Source: Eledone cirrhosa
Taxonomy: Eukaryota
Assembly: GCA_964016885.1 (NCBI GenBank)
Contig: OZ024751.1
Span: 17,112,001-17,176,000 of the forward strand
Direction of reading: 5' to 3'
DNA: 64,000 nucleotides
The notes below the pieces were generated by a model. The model did not search any database, was not told where the DNA came from, and saw only the letters and a list, made by a program, of their open reading frames with translations. The position numbers and the translations under genes were made by a program. Below are positions 28,439-42,779 of this stretch, in pieces; position 1 is the stretch's first letter; each line of letters begins with the position of its first letter.

Positions 28439-28512
28439 TATATAGTAAAAAATTGAACGGGAACAAAACAGAGAGGCAGATATATATGTATATATATAAA
28501 TATATATATATG

Positions 28513-28556
<44 letters not shown>

Positions 28557-28627
28557 CGCTGAGATACAACCGGTCCTGGCATTGATAAATATGCTGGGTC
28601 TGTCAACTCCTTATTATATATATATAT

Positions 28628-28762
28628 AGTTACGTCCCTTTACGATCTGAGTTCAAATCCCGCCGAGGTTGACTTTGCCTTTCATCCTTACGGGGTCGAT
28701 AAAATAAAGTACCAGTAATGCACTGGGTAATTGCTGGCCTTGTGCCTAAAGTAGAAACAATT
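28628..28762 (+). mobile_element. 5'-truncated SINE copy
   Basis: B box, core and tail, inside (TA)n. Confidence 0.85.
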
Positions 28763-28794
28763 ATATATATATATATGAATATATATATAATGTA

Positions 28795-28833
<39 letters not shown>

Positions 28834-29137
28834 TGTATGTATATATATATATATAATGTATGTATATATATATATATATATATAATGTATGTATATATAT
28901 ATATATATATAATGTATGTATATATATATATATAATGTATGTATATATATATATATATAATGTATATATATATATATATAATGTATGTGTATATATATAT
29001 ATATATAATGTATGTATATATATATATATATATATAATGTATGTTTATATATATATAATGTATGTATATATATATATATATATAATGTATGTTTATATAT
29101 ATATAATGTATGTATATATATTTACATACACATTTAT

Positions 29138-29745
29138 GTCAGGTCACCAGTTGGTGCTACTGGTAACATGTATCCCAGTACAACCTGTCTCATCGTCGGG
29201 TCGTTGGTGTCTGAACTGGCAACCCCACCAAGGTTTCTTGGTGAGGAGGGTGACTTTGGACATCCTGCAGGACTAAAAACAAAGCCTGTCAAAGGGCAAA
29301 GGAGCTCTTAAGAGTCAATGGCTATCCAAAATCACCGGGAGAGATGACCCCTTAGCCTTTGTTAAGGCAGAATTCTAGGAGAGGAAAACTCTGATATAAC
29401 ACCTGCAACGCTGATGGTATCCAATGATGTTGACATGTTCTTCTTTTTGGTAAATATCATCTTGGTTAAGAGAGTGGGACTGGCTTTGTGCAGTGCCTTT
29501 GCTCACTATAAAAGCTTCAGGGCACAGGCATTGTTTTATATCTGGAGATCTCTCTGCACTTGTCTTCACATGGTACCATGGGCCCAGCACTGTGTATCAA
29601 TAATTGTCACAAGTGTAGTGTTTGTACCAGAGTTTTCAAGTCGCTGGCTGGACTAAAAAGTCACACTCGTTCAGCGCATCGGTAGGTGTTCTCCTACATC
29701 GAGATAAAGTAGTGGCCGTACTCGAAAACGAGTTGGCAGCCACCA
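29138..29745 (+). mobile_element. Bipartite RTE-derived non-autonomous retroelement, most complete copy
   Basis: Structured 5' part, GGAGAGGAAAACTCTGAT motif, C2H2 remnant HKCSVCTRVFKSLAGLKSHTRSAHR*, and 3' end running into (TA)n/(TG)n. Confidence 0.8.
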
Positions 29746-29759
29746 TATATATATATGTG

Positions 29760-29851
<92 letters not shown>

Positions 29852-30511
29852 AAAATGTATATGCATATTAATATATAAATAATATAAAGATAAGAAATAT
29901 ACAAGAAAAACATATGTATATCTTGTTTTCTCACAACGACATAAATATGCTTACGGATTTAGAAATATAACATGTGTATTTATATGTGTATGTATAAGTG
30001 CAGCTTTTGTATATAAAAAGTCTACACTTTTATACGTTAGTGTACAATTTGCGCAAAATCACTTATTATTTAAGTGTGTATATTATTAATACGTTAAATG
30101 TTTCATTTTTTACATAAATATTGCAGTTCTCACCAAACCTCTAGACAACTATTCTCATTACATTCATAAATGTTTAATTGTTCTTATTCACTTCGCGAGT
30201 ATCATTCATAGACACAATTTTTCACTCTTATTTAATACATCTGTTTTATTTGCATGCTTCTCACATATAATGGTATACTTGTGTTTCCTTCTCTCATTCT
30301 CTTTAACCCAGTTCATATATTTCCTTATGCACGTTACATGAACAGATATTGATAAGCCTTCGTCTCTCATTTTCTTTCTCTCATCAACTTAACATTTCTA
30401 TTCTAATAAAGTAAAACTAAATTTCTGTAGCTATTTAAATTGTTAATTTATTTCTATAATTTTTGCATTTGACTAATTTAACGGTTGTTATAACATAGCG
30501 TTTCCCCTCAG

Positions 30512-30705
30512 TTATTAATTGTTTCTACTTTTGGCACAAGGCCTGCAATTACCAAGTGCATTATTGGTACTTTATTTTATCGACCCAGGAAGGATGAAAG
30601 GCAAAGTTAACCTCGGCGGGATTTGAATTCAGAATAGCAAGGGCCGTAACTCTATGCGTCAAAGCATGGCATCCGACCCCCTACCGATACTGCCAATCCA
30701 CCGTC
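30512..30705 (-). mobile_element. tRNA-derived SINE copy
   Basis: Full-length reverse-complement match to the main family. Confidence 0.9.
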
Positions 30706-31260
30706 CATCAGTTATTTATATGACACCGTAATACGAATATATCTCTTATTTAGGATATATCTTTCTCCTAAATTTATGTAGCTATATACATTGTGATGTC
30801 TCCAGAGATCCGGTTGTATTTAAGGATATTTTGATTAATGTAATTCAATTTACATTCATTGTGTAAAGCCATGCTAACCTGAAAGAGAAGAAGTTAATTG
30901 ATGATGATGATGATTCTGTTTCGTAGCTTTCCTTTCTTTTCTTCCTGTAGAATGTTATTTGTTGATGGATTAAATTTCCCTGTAATCCTAATTTAGTAAA
31001 ATGATAAAATATATTTTTAGTCATCCTTATCCCTAGTTATTTTCTACATTTGTTGAAACATACGTAACAGAAATAATAAATTATGACTCTCCATACACAC
31101 TTGATGCAATATATATATATACATATATATATAAGGATGAATTGTTAAGCCTTCATTACTTTTATTGGTAGGTGACGCGCGTTTCGCCATTGATCAGCTC
31201 AAGAATCGATCTGTATCGATCTGGCCCGACTCTAGAATAAAAAGGTCTCTCTCTCTCTCG

Positions 31261-31291
<31 letters not shown>

Positions 31292-31364
31292 GAGAGAGAG
31301 ATTGATTGATTATTAATATATTGATATATATATATTGATTATTGATATATATATACAGATTGAT

Positions 31365-32060
31365 TATTTAATTTCTGCTTTCACCCTTAAAGGTATCTTC
31401 TGAAATTAAATAATCAATCTGTGACGTTCCCTGGCAAAGAACGGAAAAAGCGAAGATAATACGCCATTATGTGTGCGTGAGAACAATTACACGCAAAGAC
31501 AAAACCACGTTTATGGTATAAATGAAATCGTAGACTAAAATTCTATTTAGGAAGCCGAATTTAATACGTCATTAATAGGAGCGGTGAAAAACAATTACGC
31601 GCAAAGACAGAACCACGTTTATGGTATAAAAGAAGTCGTAGACTAATGTTCACTTAGGTGGTTCATAGAGACGTTCACTGGCAATGAACGGAAAAAACGA
31701 TGATTATACGTCATATGTGGAGCGTGGAGAACAATTGCACGCAAAGACAAATCCACGTAATTGGTAAAGCTGAAGTCGTAGACTAAAATTCTAATTAGGA
31801 AACCGAATGAATCTCCGCTTCAGAGTTAAGATTAAAGTAAATAAAATACACTACAGAGGTAATAGACATTAAATAAATACATACACGCATGCAAATATGT
31901 ACATACACAAGCATACGCCGAACACTTACCATAGGTATACAAAACCACGCACATATAAATATGTGTGTGTGTGTGTGCGTGTATACAAATAAATAAATAA
32001 TTAAATAAACGTATATAAATAAATAAATACGTATGTAAATAAATAAATACGTATATAAAT
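31365..32060 (-). mobile_element. Family C copy with ~140-bp internal repeats
   Basis: Reverse complement of 9000-9725; ACGCAAAGAC...TCGTAGACTAA motifs repeated three times. Confidence 0.75.
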
Positions 32061-32452
32061 GTGTATATATATACACATAGTTTCGGGGTTGTATCATCAA
32101 GCTACTGTTTGTTCACCAAAGTGAGCACTTTATGATGGCTGGTGTTTCACCTGTGTGTTCACAGAAACCTCAGACGTTTTTAGGAACGAAAATGTTGTGT
32201 AAAGAAAACATAGAACGATTAGGAGACACAGACGAAAAACATATATAATCCCTTTCGTTCCATTACGTATCTGATTAATAAATGAGGAATCTACTAGTCT
32301 GTGCGGTTATATTTTGAGCATAATATTCCCATACTATAAAACTAAACATTTATATAAGCTCACGATTTATATGAAGAAGCTTCCAAACGAAACAAATTTT
32401 AAAGCAAAATACATGCATAAGTATATAATCATATATAGAGAGATAGAGAGGA

Positions 32453-34531
32453 TAAAAGAGAAAACACAGGTAAGCATTAAATAGGATTTCATCCAGGTAT
32501 TTACGACCGTTTCTTTGGTAAGTGCAACCTTATGTTGCTATACTGCAAATAGCAGCCACTCAATAATAAATGTTGTTCACCTCCAAATTTTCAAAATAAT
32601 GAATTTTACTCGTAAAAGATTCTTACTATATAAAACACATTTTTGTGGAATTGTATTTGCTAGTATAGAGAGAGAGGAAGGGGGAGAAGAATTAGGAAGT
32701 AGAGTGACAAACGGAGATGGAGGGAGGGGTAAAGGTGGAAGGATTCCTCGGTCAGTTTTGATTCGTAGACTTGATGTTGTCAATTTACAGTGTAGGGAGT
32801 TAAAGAGAATTAAATTGTTTAAAGTGGGAGGGAGAGAGAGAGAGAGAGTGGGAGGAGATAGAGAGATAAATATATATATAAATAAAAATAAAGAATGGGG
32901 GGAAAGAAAAAAAGAAGAGTAAAGAAAAGATAACAAAAAAGGGAGAGAAGAAAACGAAAAAAGAGAAAAGGAATGAAGGGGGAGGGAGGGACATATGTAT
33001 TGTTTATTGTGGGTAATTAAAGCGGTTAGATTCAATAAGAGGGTAGAAAGTCTAAGTATATGCAGTTTGTCAGGTGGTAGTAAGAGGTTAAGGGTTCAAT
33101 TTGTACTTGTGCGAAATTTTTTTTTTGAGTCTATGGTTACAATAAATTGATCTTTCGATTTTATTGTCTAGTAAGTTATTTTTCGAACTCAAAATGTGGA
33201 ACAGCTCAAGGTCGCATAATCGACAGCTGCTCATACCACTCCGATATGGGGGCGCGTTCGATAATTTTTTCCACTTCAGGGTGTATTGATGGTTACTTTC
33301 CCTAAGTTGCAAGGTCTTGTTTGCAAGGGTAGTTACATAACGATGCTGGGAATGTTTCATTGCGTAACGATGTATATACCAATGAGCTTTAAATGTATTC
33401 CCAGTCGCTCCGATGTAATACCATTTCTGGTTGTCTGATTCCACTGTGCATTTGTAAACCAGGTTAGACTGAATACATTCATTATGCAATGAACAGGTTT
33501 CAGGTAGGTGGCAATTAGAATTATTTGGCATTATTGGTGGGCTGCGATGCCTGTACAAGTGTGTTACGTTTTTTGGCCTATTAGTAGTTGGTTGTGTATT
33601 AGATATTCTGTTGTGTTCAATGGCAATTGTATTGTTATTGCTATACATTTGTGTTCCGGTGTTGTTACGTATCTTTTTAGCGTTACGCATCTTAACGTGT
33701 GCCTCTATGTTTGGTGCAGTGGAGTAAGATAGTCTAATAGATTTAGTGTTAAGGATTTTGCTGTATTTATGTGAATCTGGAAAGTGCTTATTTATTATTG
33801 TAAAGAAGGTAGAGGGTAGGTTAGTACTAATAGAGGTGTTAAATATGGTGTTATACCAAATATATTTTCTACTGCGTTACCTGTTCGATTTTGACGTTGT
33901 ATTTCTATTTTCAGTATAATTTGTAGTTCTATGCGTAAATGCGTGTGTGCGTGTGTTTCTGGAGTTTGTTATGCCTGTTCGTGTGTGCTTTGCGGAGGCT
34001 TTCATCTATATATTCTACTATATCTAGGTGGCCTGCCTTGTCTAGGGCGGTATTGTAGTACTCCGCGTGTTCCTCGAAGATTTGTCGGTTAGACGAGAGG
34101 CGGGAGATCCTAAGGGATATGCTGCGTGGAACGTATTTAATTATGGAGAGTGGGTGGTTCGAATTACAGTTGATGTATGCTAAGTTTTCATTATTCTCTC
34201 TATATATATACTAGTAAATACAATTCCAAAAAAATGTTTTTTTATATATTAAGAACCTTTTACGAGTAACTTATTCATTATTTTGAAAATCTGGAGGCTG
34301 CTATTTTCAGTATAGCAATATAAGGTTGCACTTACCAATGAAACGGTCTTAAATAGGTGGATAAAATCCTTTTTAATGCTTACCTGTGTTTCCTCTTTTA
34401 TTCTTTATACTCCAAGATTGAACGTGATTCTTACAAACTTGTGGAGTTACGCCTAACCGTACGTTGAAACCGTCCATGAAACTGGCTATCTTAACCACGA
34501 ACTGGATTACATTAAGCAATTTTCTGCTTCC

Positions 34532-34537
<6 letters not shown>
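32453..34537 (-). mobile_element. Penelope-like element (Neptune-like), 5'-truncated, with inverted pLTRs
   Basis: Reverse complement of 34020-34196 gives LAYINCNSNHPLSIIKYVPRSISLRISRLSSNRQIFEEHAEYYNTALDKAGH (RT C-terminus). ORF 33088-33690 is a GIY-YIG domain (LVYKC...YYIGATGNTFK...CRLCDLE). Inverted repeats at 32453-32667 and 34207-34400. Confidence 0.9.
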
Positions 34538-34570
<33 letters not shown>

Positions 34571-34644
34571 AAAAGAGTCAGGACACCCCCTCTCTCTCTC
34601 TCTATCAATCTATCTATCTATCTATCTATCTATCTATATATATA

Positions 34645-36572
34645 ATTAACAAAATATCGTTATAGGTAATCCAGTAAGAGGTTGTGAATACTTTTTATTA
34701 TGGAAAGTTTTAGCGTACGCCGTTGTTTGACTCAGCAAGAGGTTTACGTAGATGGCGAATTTATGATTTCACTTGTATTCCTATGTAAGTTTATCTTGAA
34801 GTAATCACATGGAAAAAGTGAAGACCCCTACTAACTATAGAAGATGCACAGATAGAAAGTACTTATGGTTCAATCCAGTGTTTAACTCCTCTATAAAAAT
34901 AAAACTACCTTACACTTTCTTCAAATTAGTTGACAAACACTTCCCTAAACTTCACAAATACCATAAAATCTTTATTAGAAAAACTATCAAACTATCATAC
35001 GCCACTGCCAACAACATAGAATCGCACATACATAAAATTAACTATAAAATAATTTATAATACAAGTAGCCGGCACATAAGTACCATAACACCAAATACAA
35101 AACATAAGCATGTAACATCATCACAACCAAACACGTCAGAACACATCACCAGAATACATCAACAAACCCAATTCTCAGCCCGTACATAACAAACTGCAAA
35201 ACCATATCGAAGAACCGGCACATAGGAAAGCATGTAAATGTAATTGTCATCTACCTGACAAATGCCCATTACAAAATAGATGCCTAGAGTCAAATATAGT
35301 ATACCTATGTACTATAAATTCAGGCAGCTTAGCATGGCACTACATAGGTCCCACAGCTGGGGAGTTTAAGAAAAGGTGGTATGTCCATAGACACTCAAGA
35401 AGTTCATAAATACAACAACTATCGCCAATAAAATCTGGCAACCCAGAGATGCAAACATGGAATATAAAATAAGCTGGTCGAAGCTATCAACAGCAATAGC
35501 CTATCGAATTGGCATGTCCCACTGTGGTCTTTGTAATATGGAACTTTTCCAAATTTTAAATTACAACAAAATGCTACTTAACAGTAAAATTGAAAGAATT
35601 ATTTTCCGTAGGCATAAAACGGCGACCAAATTTGAGAACTTTAGATCAGCTTAATTCATCTTATCTGTTCCATAACCCAAATTGTACCATTTAGATCTAT
35701 CATAATATCACATTATCATCATTATTGTTATATCAATGAACCAACATCAAAACCTCTTACATTTACATTCATATTTTATGTATCTCTATCTTTCACTTTC
35801 TATCTCTCTATTTCTCGCCATAAATTTATTTCATCTCTGGCATTTTATCTTATTTTATCTTATCATATCATTTTCATTTTCAAGTAATTAATCAAATAAT
35901 TAATTAATTATACAATTAATACATTAAAATAATCAATACACATATAAATATATTTAACATTATCATATTTATACCTTCGTATCTCTTTATAGTTTAAACA
36001 CTCTCAATAACCACTTTCAATAATCTTAATGTTTAAATTTCTTCGCACATTTTTACTTATTTATTTTCATATTTTCATATTTAATATTTTGTATTATTCT
36101 GTATCATCCTCGATGTAATTTGTTTATTTATTTATTTATTTACATTTATTCATGTATTAACATTTATTCATTTATTGTTGATATCATTATTTTCCCTCTA
36201 TTTTTCTTTTTATCTTGCGTTTTTTCACCTTTATCCTTTTCTCTCCTCTTTCTCTCCTCCTTTCTCTATGTCTTTTTTCCGCTATATATCTTTCTCTGTT
36301 TTCATTTCTCCTTTTTCTTTTCTTTTTCCTTTATCTATCTTTCTTTCTTTCTTTTTTTCTCTCTCTATCTTTATTATTAATATTATTATTGATGCTTTCA
36401 TTTGAATTTGTAAATTTGCTGGTCATATATTTTTTGTAATTGTCTATGTGTTCTGCTTGAGCTAACATCGTATGTAATATTGAGTGGCACTGCTTCTAGT
36501 GTTCAGCAATTTTTAGACTGTAAATAAATTCCATTTTTTGTACTGTTGACCATATTATTCTTCACTTTTTCA
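34645..36572 (+). mobile_element. Penelope-like element fragment (linker, GIY-YIG, 3'UTR, pLTR)
   Basis: RKYLWFNPVFNSS...KHFPKLHKYHKIF...KLSYA, then CNCHLPDKCPLQNRCLESNIVYLC...HYIGPT and CGLCNMEL. The inverted pLTR tail at 34645-34825 matches 39210-39385. Confidence 0.9.
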
Positions 36573-36586
36573 TATATATATATATA

Positions 36587-36962
36587 GTTGTGTATAGTGG
36601 TAGCTATGGTGCTTCCATGGGAGGTATGCCAGAATTAGCACTCGATATTCATCTGAGTAGAGTGTGGATATTATAAAGAAAACGAAAAATCAGTGATGCA
36701 TCTGTACTTAGTTTATTTCGTGTTACAAATGTTTCGCCGGCATGTAGCTCAAGTCATGGTCCTTGTATGGATCTGGCTGATTCTACTTCTGCGGGTTCTT
36801 TCAGACACGGGTGTTACGTCCGTGTCTGAAAAAACCCGCAGAAGTAGAATCAGCCAGATCCATACAAGGACCATGACTTGAGCTACATGCCGGCGAAACA
36901 TTTGTAACACGAAATAAACTAAGTACAGATGCATCACTGATTTTTCGTTTTCTTTATAATAT
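36587..36962. mobile_element. Near-perfect 143-bp fold-back with hammerhead in each arm (family G)
   Basis: Arms 36668-36810 and 36820-36962 with one mismatch seen. cgtgt CTGAAARA...ccggc GAAA catttg TA acacg. Tail hairpin at 36637-36663. Related fragment at 16388-16475. Confidence 0.85.
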
Positions 36963-36971
36963 ATATATATA

Positions 36972-37047
<76 letters not shown>

Positions 37048-37333
37048 TATATATATATGTATATATATGTATATATATATATATATAATGTGCATGTATA
37101 TATATATGTGTGTGTGTGTGTGTGCATGTATATGTATATATATATATATATACATATGTATGTATATGTATGTATGCATTTATGTATATGTATATATATA
37201 TGTGTATATGTATGTATGTATATGTATGTATATATATATATACATATATATATGTATGTATATGTATGTATGTATATGTATGTATATATATATATACATA
37301 TATATATGTATGTATATGTATGTATATATATAC

Positions 37334-37366
<33 letters not shown>

Positions 37367-37708
37367 TATGTGTATGTATATGTATGTATGCATTTATGTA
37401 TATGTATATATATATGTGTATATGTATGTATGTATATGTATGTATATATATATATACATATATATATGTATGTATATGTATGTATATATATATATACATA
37501 TATATATGTATGTATATGTAAATATATGTACGTACATGTATGTATGTATGTATGTATATATATATGTATATATATATATATATGTATGTATGTATATGAA
37601 TGTATGTATATGTATGTATATGTATATGTATGAATGTATGTATATATATGTATGAATGTATGTATGTATGAATGTATGTATATATGTATATATATATGTA
37701 TATATATA

Positions 37709-38260
37709 TGTCGGGTCATTCTTGAGTGCTACTGGTAACATGTAACCCAGTACAGCCTGTCGCATGATCGGGTCGTCGGCGATTAAACCGGCAACCCCAC
37801 CAATTTTACTTGGTGAGGAGGGTGATTTTGGACACCCTGCTGGACAAAAAACAAAACCTGACAAAGTGCGGAAGAACTCATAAGGGTCAACAGCCATCCA
37901 AAAGTGTGTAAATATGTATATACACATGTACATGTGTGTGTATATGTGTATATGCATGGGTGCATGTGTATGTGTATGCGCGGGGACATAGAAATAGTCG
38001 GGCTGAACACCCGATCGCGTGGTTAAACCACTGGGAGTGGAGGACTCCTTGCCATTCTCAGGGCATTCTTCTAGGGGAAGGCAACTCAGGAAACTGGGAT
38101 AACTCCGATATAAAACATGTGGCTCAGTAGTTACCGATGATGTTGATCGTTTCTTCTTTTCTGGTTATAGCTACTGTCGCTCAGAGAGTGGCATTGGCTC
38201 AGTGCACAGTCTTTCCTCACTTTAAAAAAATATCTTCACGCACAAGCATTGCACGATAAA
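37709..38260 (+). mobile_element. Diverged relative of the bipartite RTE element
   Basis: GTGCTACTGGTAACATGTAACCCAGTAC...GGTGAGGAGGGTGA aligns by eye with 29153-29260; GGGGAAGGCAACTC motif at ~38074. Confidence 0.65.
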
Positions 38261-38317
38261 ATTAATTAATTATTATTAATAATGGTATCTCGTGCAATGG
38301 CCATACTCGATAACGAT

Positions 38318-38419
38318 ATATATATATATGAATGTATATATATATATATGTATATATATGTGTGTATATATATGTATGTATGTATACATATGTATGTGTA
38401 TATATATGTATGTGTATAT

Positions 38420-38451
<32 letters not shown>

Positions 38452-38470
38452 GTATATATATATGTATGTG

Positions 38471-38501
<31 letters not shown>

Positions 38502-38532
38502 GTATATATATATGTATGTATATATATGTAAT

Positions 38533-38566
<34 letters not shown>

Positions 38567-38570
38567 TATT

Positions 38571-38622
<52 letters not shown>

Positions 38623-38681
38623 TGTATGTATATATATGTATATATATATATATATATGTATATATATGTATGTATGTATAT

Positions 38682-38749
<68 letters not shown>

Positions 38750-38789
38750 GTATATATATGTATATATATATATGTATATATATATATGT

Positions 38790-38857
<68 letters not shown>

Positions 38858-38872
38858 GTATATATATGTATG

Positions 38873-38911
<39 letters not shown>

Positions 38912-38919
38912 GTATATAT

Positions 38920-39001
<82 letters not shown>

Positions 39002-39033
39002 GTATATATATGTATGTATATATATATGTATAT

Positions 39034-39072
<39 letters not shown>

Positions 39073-39092
39073 CATGTATATATATATGTATA
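38318..39092. repeat. Compound (TATG)/(TA)n microsatellite (similar array at 36962-37708)
   Basis: Directly visible. Confidence 0.95.
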
Positions 39093-39380
39093 GAAAAAGG
39101 TGAAGAATAACATGGTCAACAGTATTTAAAAGCGTTTTATTTACAGTTGATTTAGACTGTAAACGAAACCGTTTTTTGTACTGTTGAACATGTTATTCTT
39201 CACATTTTCAATATTATTACTCCTAGATAAAGTTACATGGGAATACAAGAGAAATCATAAACTCGCCTCCTACGTAAACCCCTTGTTGAGTCAAACAAGG
39301 CCGTACACTAAAACCATCCGTAATACGAGAGTATTCACAACCTCTAACTGGATCACCTATAACGATATTTTGTTATCCAT

Positions 39381-39385
<5 letters not shown>
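39093..39385 (+). mobile_element. Solo fold-back pLTR of the Penelope family at 34645-36572 (family M)
   Basis: Palindrome 39093-39209. The arm matches 36515-36572 and 60364-60418; the tail matches the reverse complement of 34645-34810. Confidence 0.8.
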
Positions 39386-39414
<29 letters not shown>

Positions 39415-39425
39415 TATATGTATGC

Positions 39426-39467
<42 letters not shown>

Positions 39468-39737
39468 GGAGAGAGAGAGCGAAAGCGAGAGAGAGAGAGG
39501 GGGAGGCGAGAGAGAAGACTTTTGAATTTAGCAGATTTCGTATGTAATGGACCGTATAATAGCATCAATATTTAAAACATAAATATCAAGGAAACATAAT
39601 TAAAACTGAATTAAATTACCTCAACTTAGTTAATGGAGTGGTTTCAAGATATACTGATATACAATATTAGAGAAAAATAGAGAGAGATGGAGGGAGAAGA
39701 TAATTATACAGATAGATAGTTAGATAGATAGATAGAT

Positions 39738-39960
39738 AGATTTCTTTATTAGCCACAAGGGCGCAACAAGAAAAGGGGACAATACAAAGACATGCCTGGG
39801 ATTTTACATACAGTCGTGTAAAAATATAAAAACAAACAATTTCAACAATCGAAATCCCCAATAGGGGGGAGGTGCCACAAATGGGTTGTTTAATACCGTC
39901 GATAGAACAACCCTCAACTCCAGGAGCGTGTTGTGCAAGTGCTCCTTTCTTCCTTTTGCT
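39738..39960 (-). mobile_element. L1/Tx1-type 3'UTR fragment
   Basis: Reverse complement resembles 56985-57195 (CTCCCCCTATTG...TGTATTGTCCCC...GTGGCTAATAAAGAAA) and ends in (TCTA)n. Confidence 0.65.
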
Positions 39961-40464
39961 CTCTATAGATAGATAGATGGAAAATATAAATGTAGAGAGA
40001 TAAATCAAATGGGAAAGGTAAATACAATGAGAGAATAATACAAAAGAATACAAAACCAGATAAAGCATCAAATCCAAATTATTCTTCGTATTTAACATGA
40101 ATAACTAAATTAAATTTACTTAATATGTCCTATAATTTAATAATTTTCTATTGTGCAGTTGGGTGAAATGTATAAAATTGTATTTCCTTAATTTCTAATA
40201 TGCAGTTGGGTGCATTGTATAGAATTGTATTTTTTAAATTTCAAATCTAAAAGAAAATATGAATCTAGTTTTTGGCATTAAGGCACACATCTTACATCGT
40301 ATTATTCTAATATATCAAGGCACTGCATATACATATCTTACTGGGCAATCATTTTATTTTTCTCATGTCTACATTGCTTCTTTTACATGAAATCAGGGAC
40401 GGGAAATAATTTATGATTCTCTATCGTTATGAGTAAACATATTTAACGAATCTTTCCTCGACAT

Positions 40465-40858
40465 CTATCTATCTAGTGCGGGTAAAAATTCCCGAGATCC
40501 ATGGACGAGTTCTCTCCAGCAGTCTCTGTCCCTCATCATCGCAGTCATGTCCTGCCTCTCCAAGAGACCAGTGGCTGTCCTTAGGGCATCAACATATGTC
40601 AACATCGGTCTCCCTCTTCTAGTGACTCCATGCAGGGGCTCCCGCAGGAGCACTGAGTGTAGTGTCAACTCTAAATGTTGGTGATCATGTCCAGCTAACC
40701 TCAGTCTCCTCTGTGCTATTTTCGAGCAGACTTTTGGGAGACTCCCATACAACTCTGCGTTCTTCATCCTCAGTGTATACTGATTAATGTTCAAAGCCAT
40801 CCTCAGCATTCTCGTGTAGCACCCATCAACCATCTGAGTGGACGTTTCGTCATTAAAT
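40465..40858 (-). mobile_element. RTE-X/RTE-like LINE 3' fragment
   Basis: DGCYTRMLRMALNI...ELYGSLPKV...RRLRLAGH...RRGRPMLTYVDAL...MRDRDCWR. Confidence 0.85.
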
Positions 40859-41743
40859 CCGATACTGCCAATCCACCAATAAACTATAACACGTACTCTA
40901 AGGAATGTGAAAGTTGAAAATAGTCTGCATGACGGAGTAGGTACATCTGAGATTCTGAAATATAATGTACTTGAATGTGATAAGAAACGAACGTATAACG
41001 TGTGGATTATGAATCTCGTATAACGTATTAGTAGAGGCAGGTTAGTAAAGGACAAATGCGTTAATTGTTATTTAGCTGTTCTATAACTAGCTGCTTGTTT
41101 ATTATAAAGAGGCATCATATTTTATCTTATTTCGAAAAATATTGTGAATCCTTTTCTTAACAATCGGCGAAGATTGTGATATTGATTAATAAATAATGGA
41201 TGTGATGTAGTAAATGTGTGGTGATTGTCTCTAAAGGAGTGTATGCGTTTAAAATATTTTGTAGAAGATTGATTAGTCAGTTTGATCTACAAAAATGATA
41301 AAATTCTCCAATCCTGTAAAAGTCTGAGAATTTTAGATATTTGACATATTTTTTCCATGAATAATTTTTAATCTTTTGTCTTACTAGGAAGTTTTTTTCA
41401 TTTAATCATATTTTTAATTTTGTTTTTCAAATCTGTGAGATTTATTTTGAGAAAAAATTGAAGTGATAATAAAAAAATTTACATATCTTATTTTTTTTAA
41501 AATAGCCCAAACCTTAGTATATGCTATAGATAAAATATAGAATATATTAAAAAGATAAAAAAGATAAACAGATAATGACAGTTACAAACTGTGTATATAT
41601 TGTGGAAATTGTACATTTCAAATATTGATAGTGTTTCAGAATGCAAATTATATGGAACGAATTTAGTGAACACTATAAATAAGTCAGAACCCAAGAAAAA
41701 ACAATCAAACAAAGATCAGAGAGAAATATATACATATATATAT

Positions 41744-41812
<69 letters not shown>

Positions 41813-42049
41813 TAGATAGAGCTATAGATAGATAGATAGATAGAGAGAGAGATGTTTAAGTGAGAATCGAGTAGGCTGGGTGTGAGTTAAGTGTGATAAT
41901 AAAAGGTGTGTATAGGGAAAAAATTCTGAGAAAAATTAAAATATACACACATACATACATAAGAATACATATATATACACTCACAGACAAATACACACAC
42001 GCACACACACACATACTGACACACACACATACGCATACACACACACACG

Positions 42050-42085
<36 letters not shown>

Positions 42086-42779
42086 ACTTTAATCTGTTAT
42101 TTTGATATATATATATATATAAATATTGATGCACGCGCGCACACACACACGCTCAGACAAACACATTGCTGTGCAAGCTTATGCTTAGATATTGTATTAC
42201 TTAATTAGATGCTAATTCGGAAAGGACAACTTGGGAATAGTTACTAAAAAGTAAAAAAATATTGGAATGAAACTATAAATTAATAAAGAAGAAATAACGA
42301 AATTGCTGATGAACTGCTAAAATTTTCGATCTAAAAATTCTGAATCTTTCACACGAATATAAACGTTAGGAATTTCATATTAATCAATGTTTTATTTGTA
42401 TTAAACTATGGAGTTGGTATTACCATTTAAATTGACAAATGAGTTGCAAATTCCATATAAACTTTTGGAACTTCTTTTAAACTTTCACTGGTATTGCAAA
42501 TGAAACTGAGTTCATGCTGCTACAGTACGTTGAATATTTAGTAAACGGTAAAAATCACTACGTTTGTTATACGAAGGCTTTTATTTGAAAGAACTACAGC
42601 TCAATTCTCAATGGAAACAAAATAAGAGGGATATTTTTTCAAAGATATTATCAAATGCAGAAGTTATTAATTTCTTGGAAACGGTTATCACACATACATA
42701 CATCTCACCCCCTTCTCTCTCTCTCTTTCTCTCTCCCTCTCACCTAAATTACTGCAAGTGAAATGAAGTAAAAATCAAA

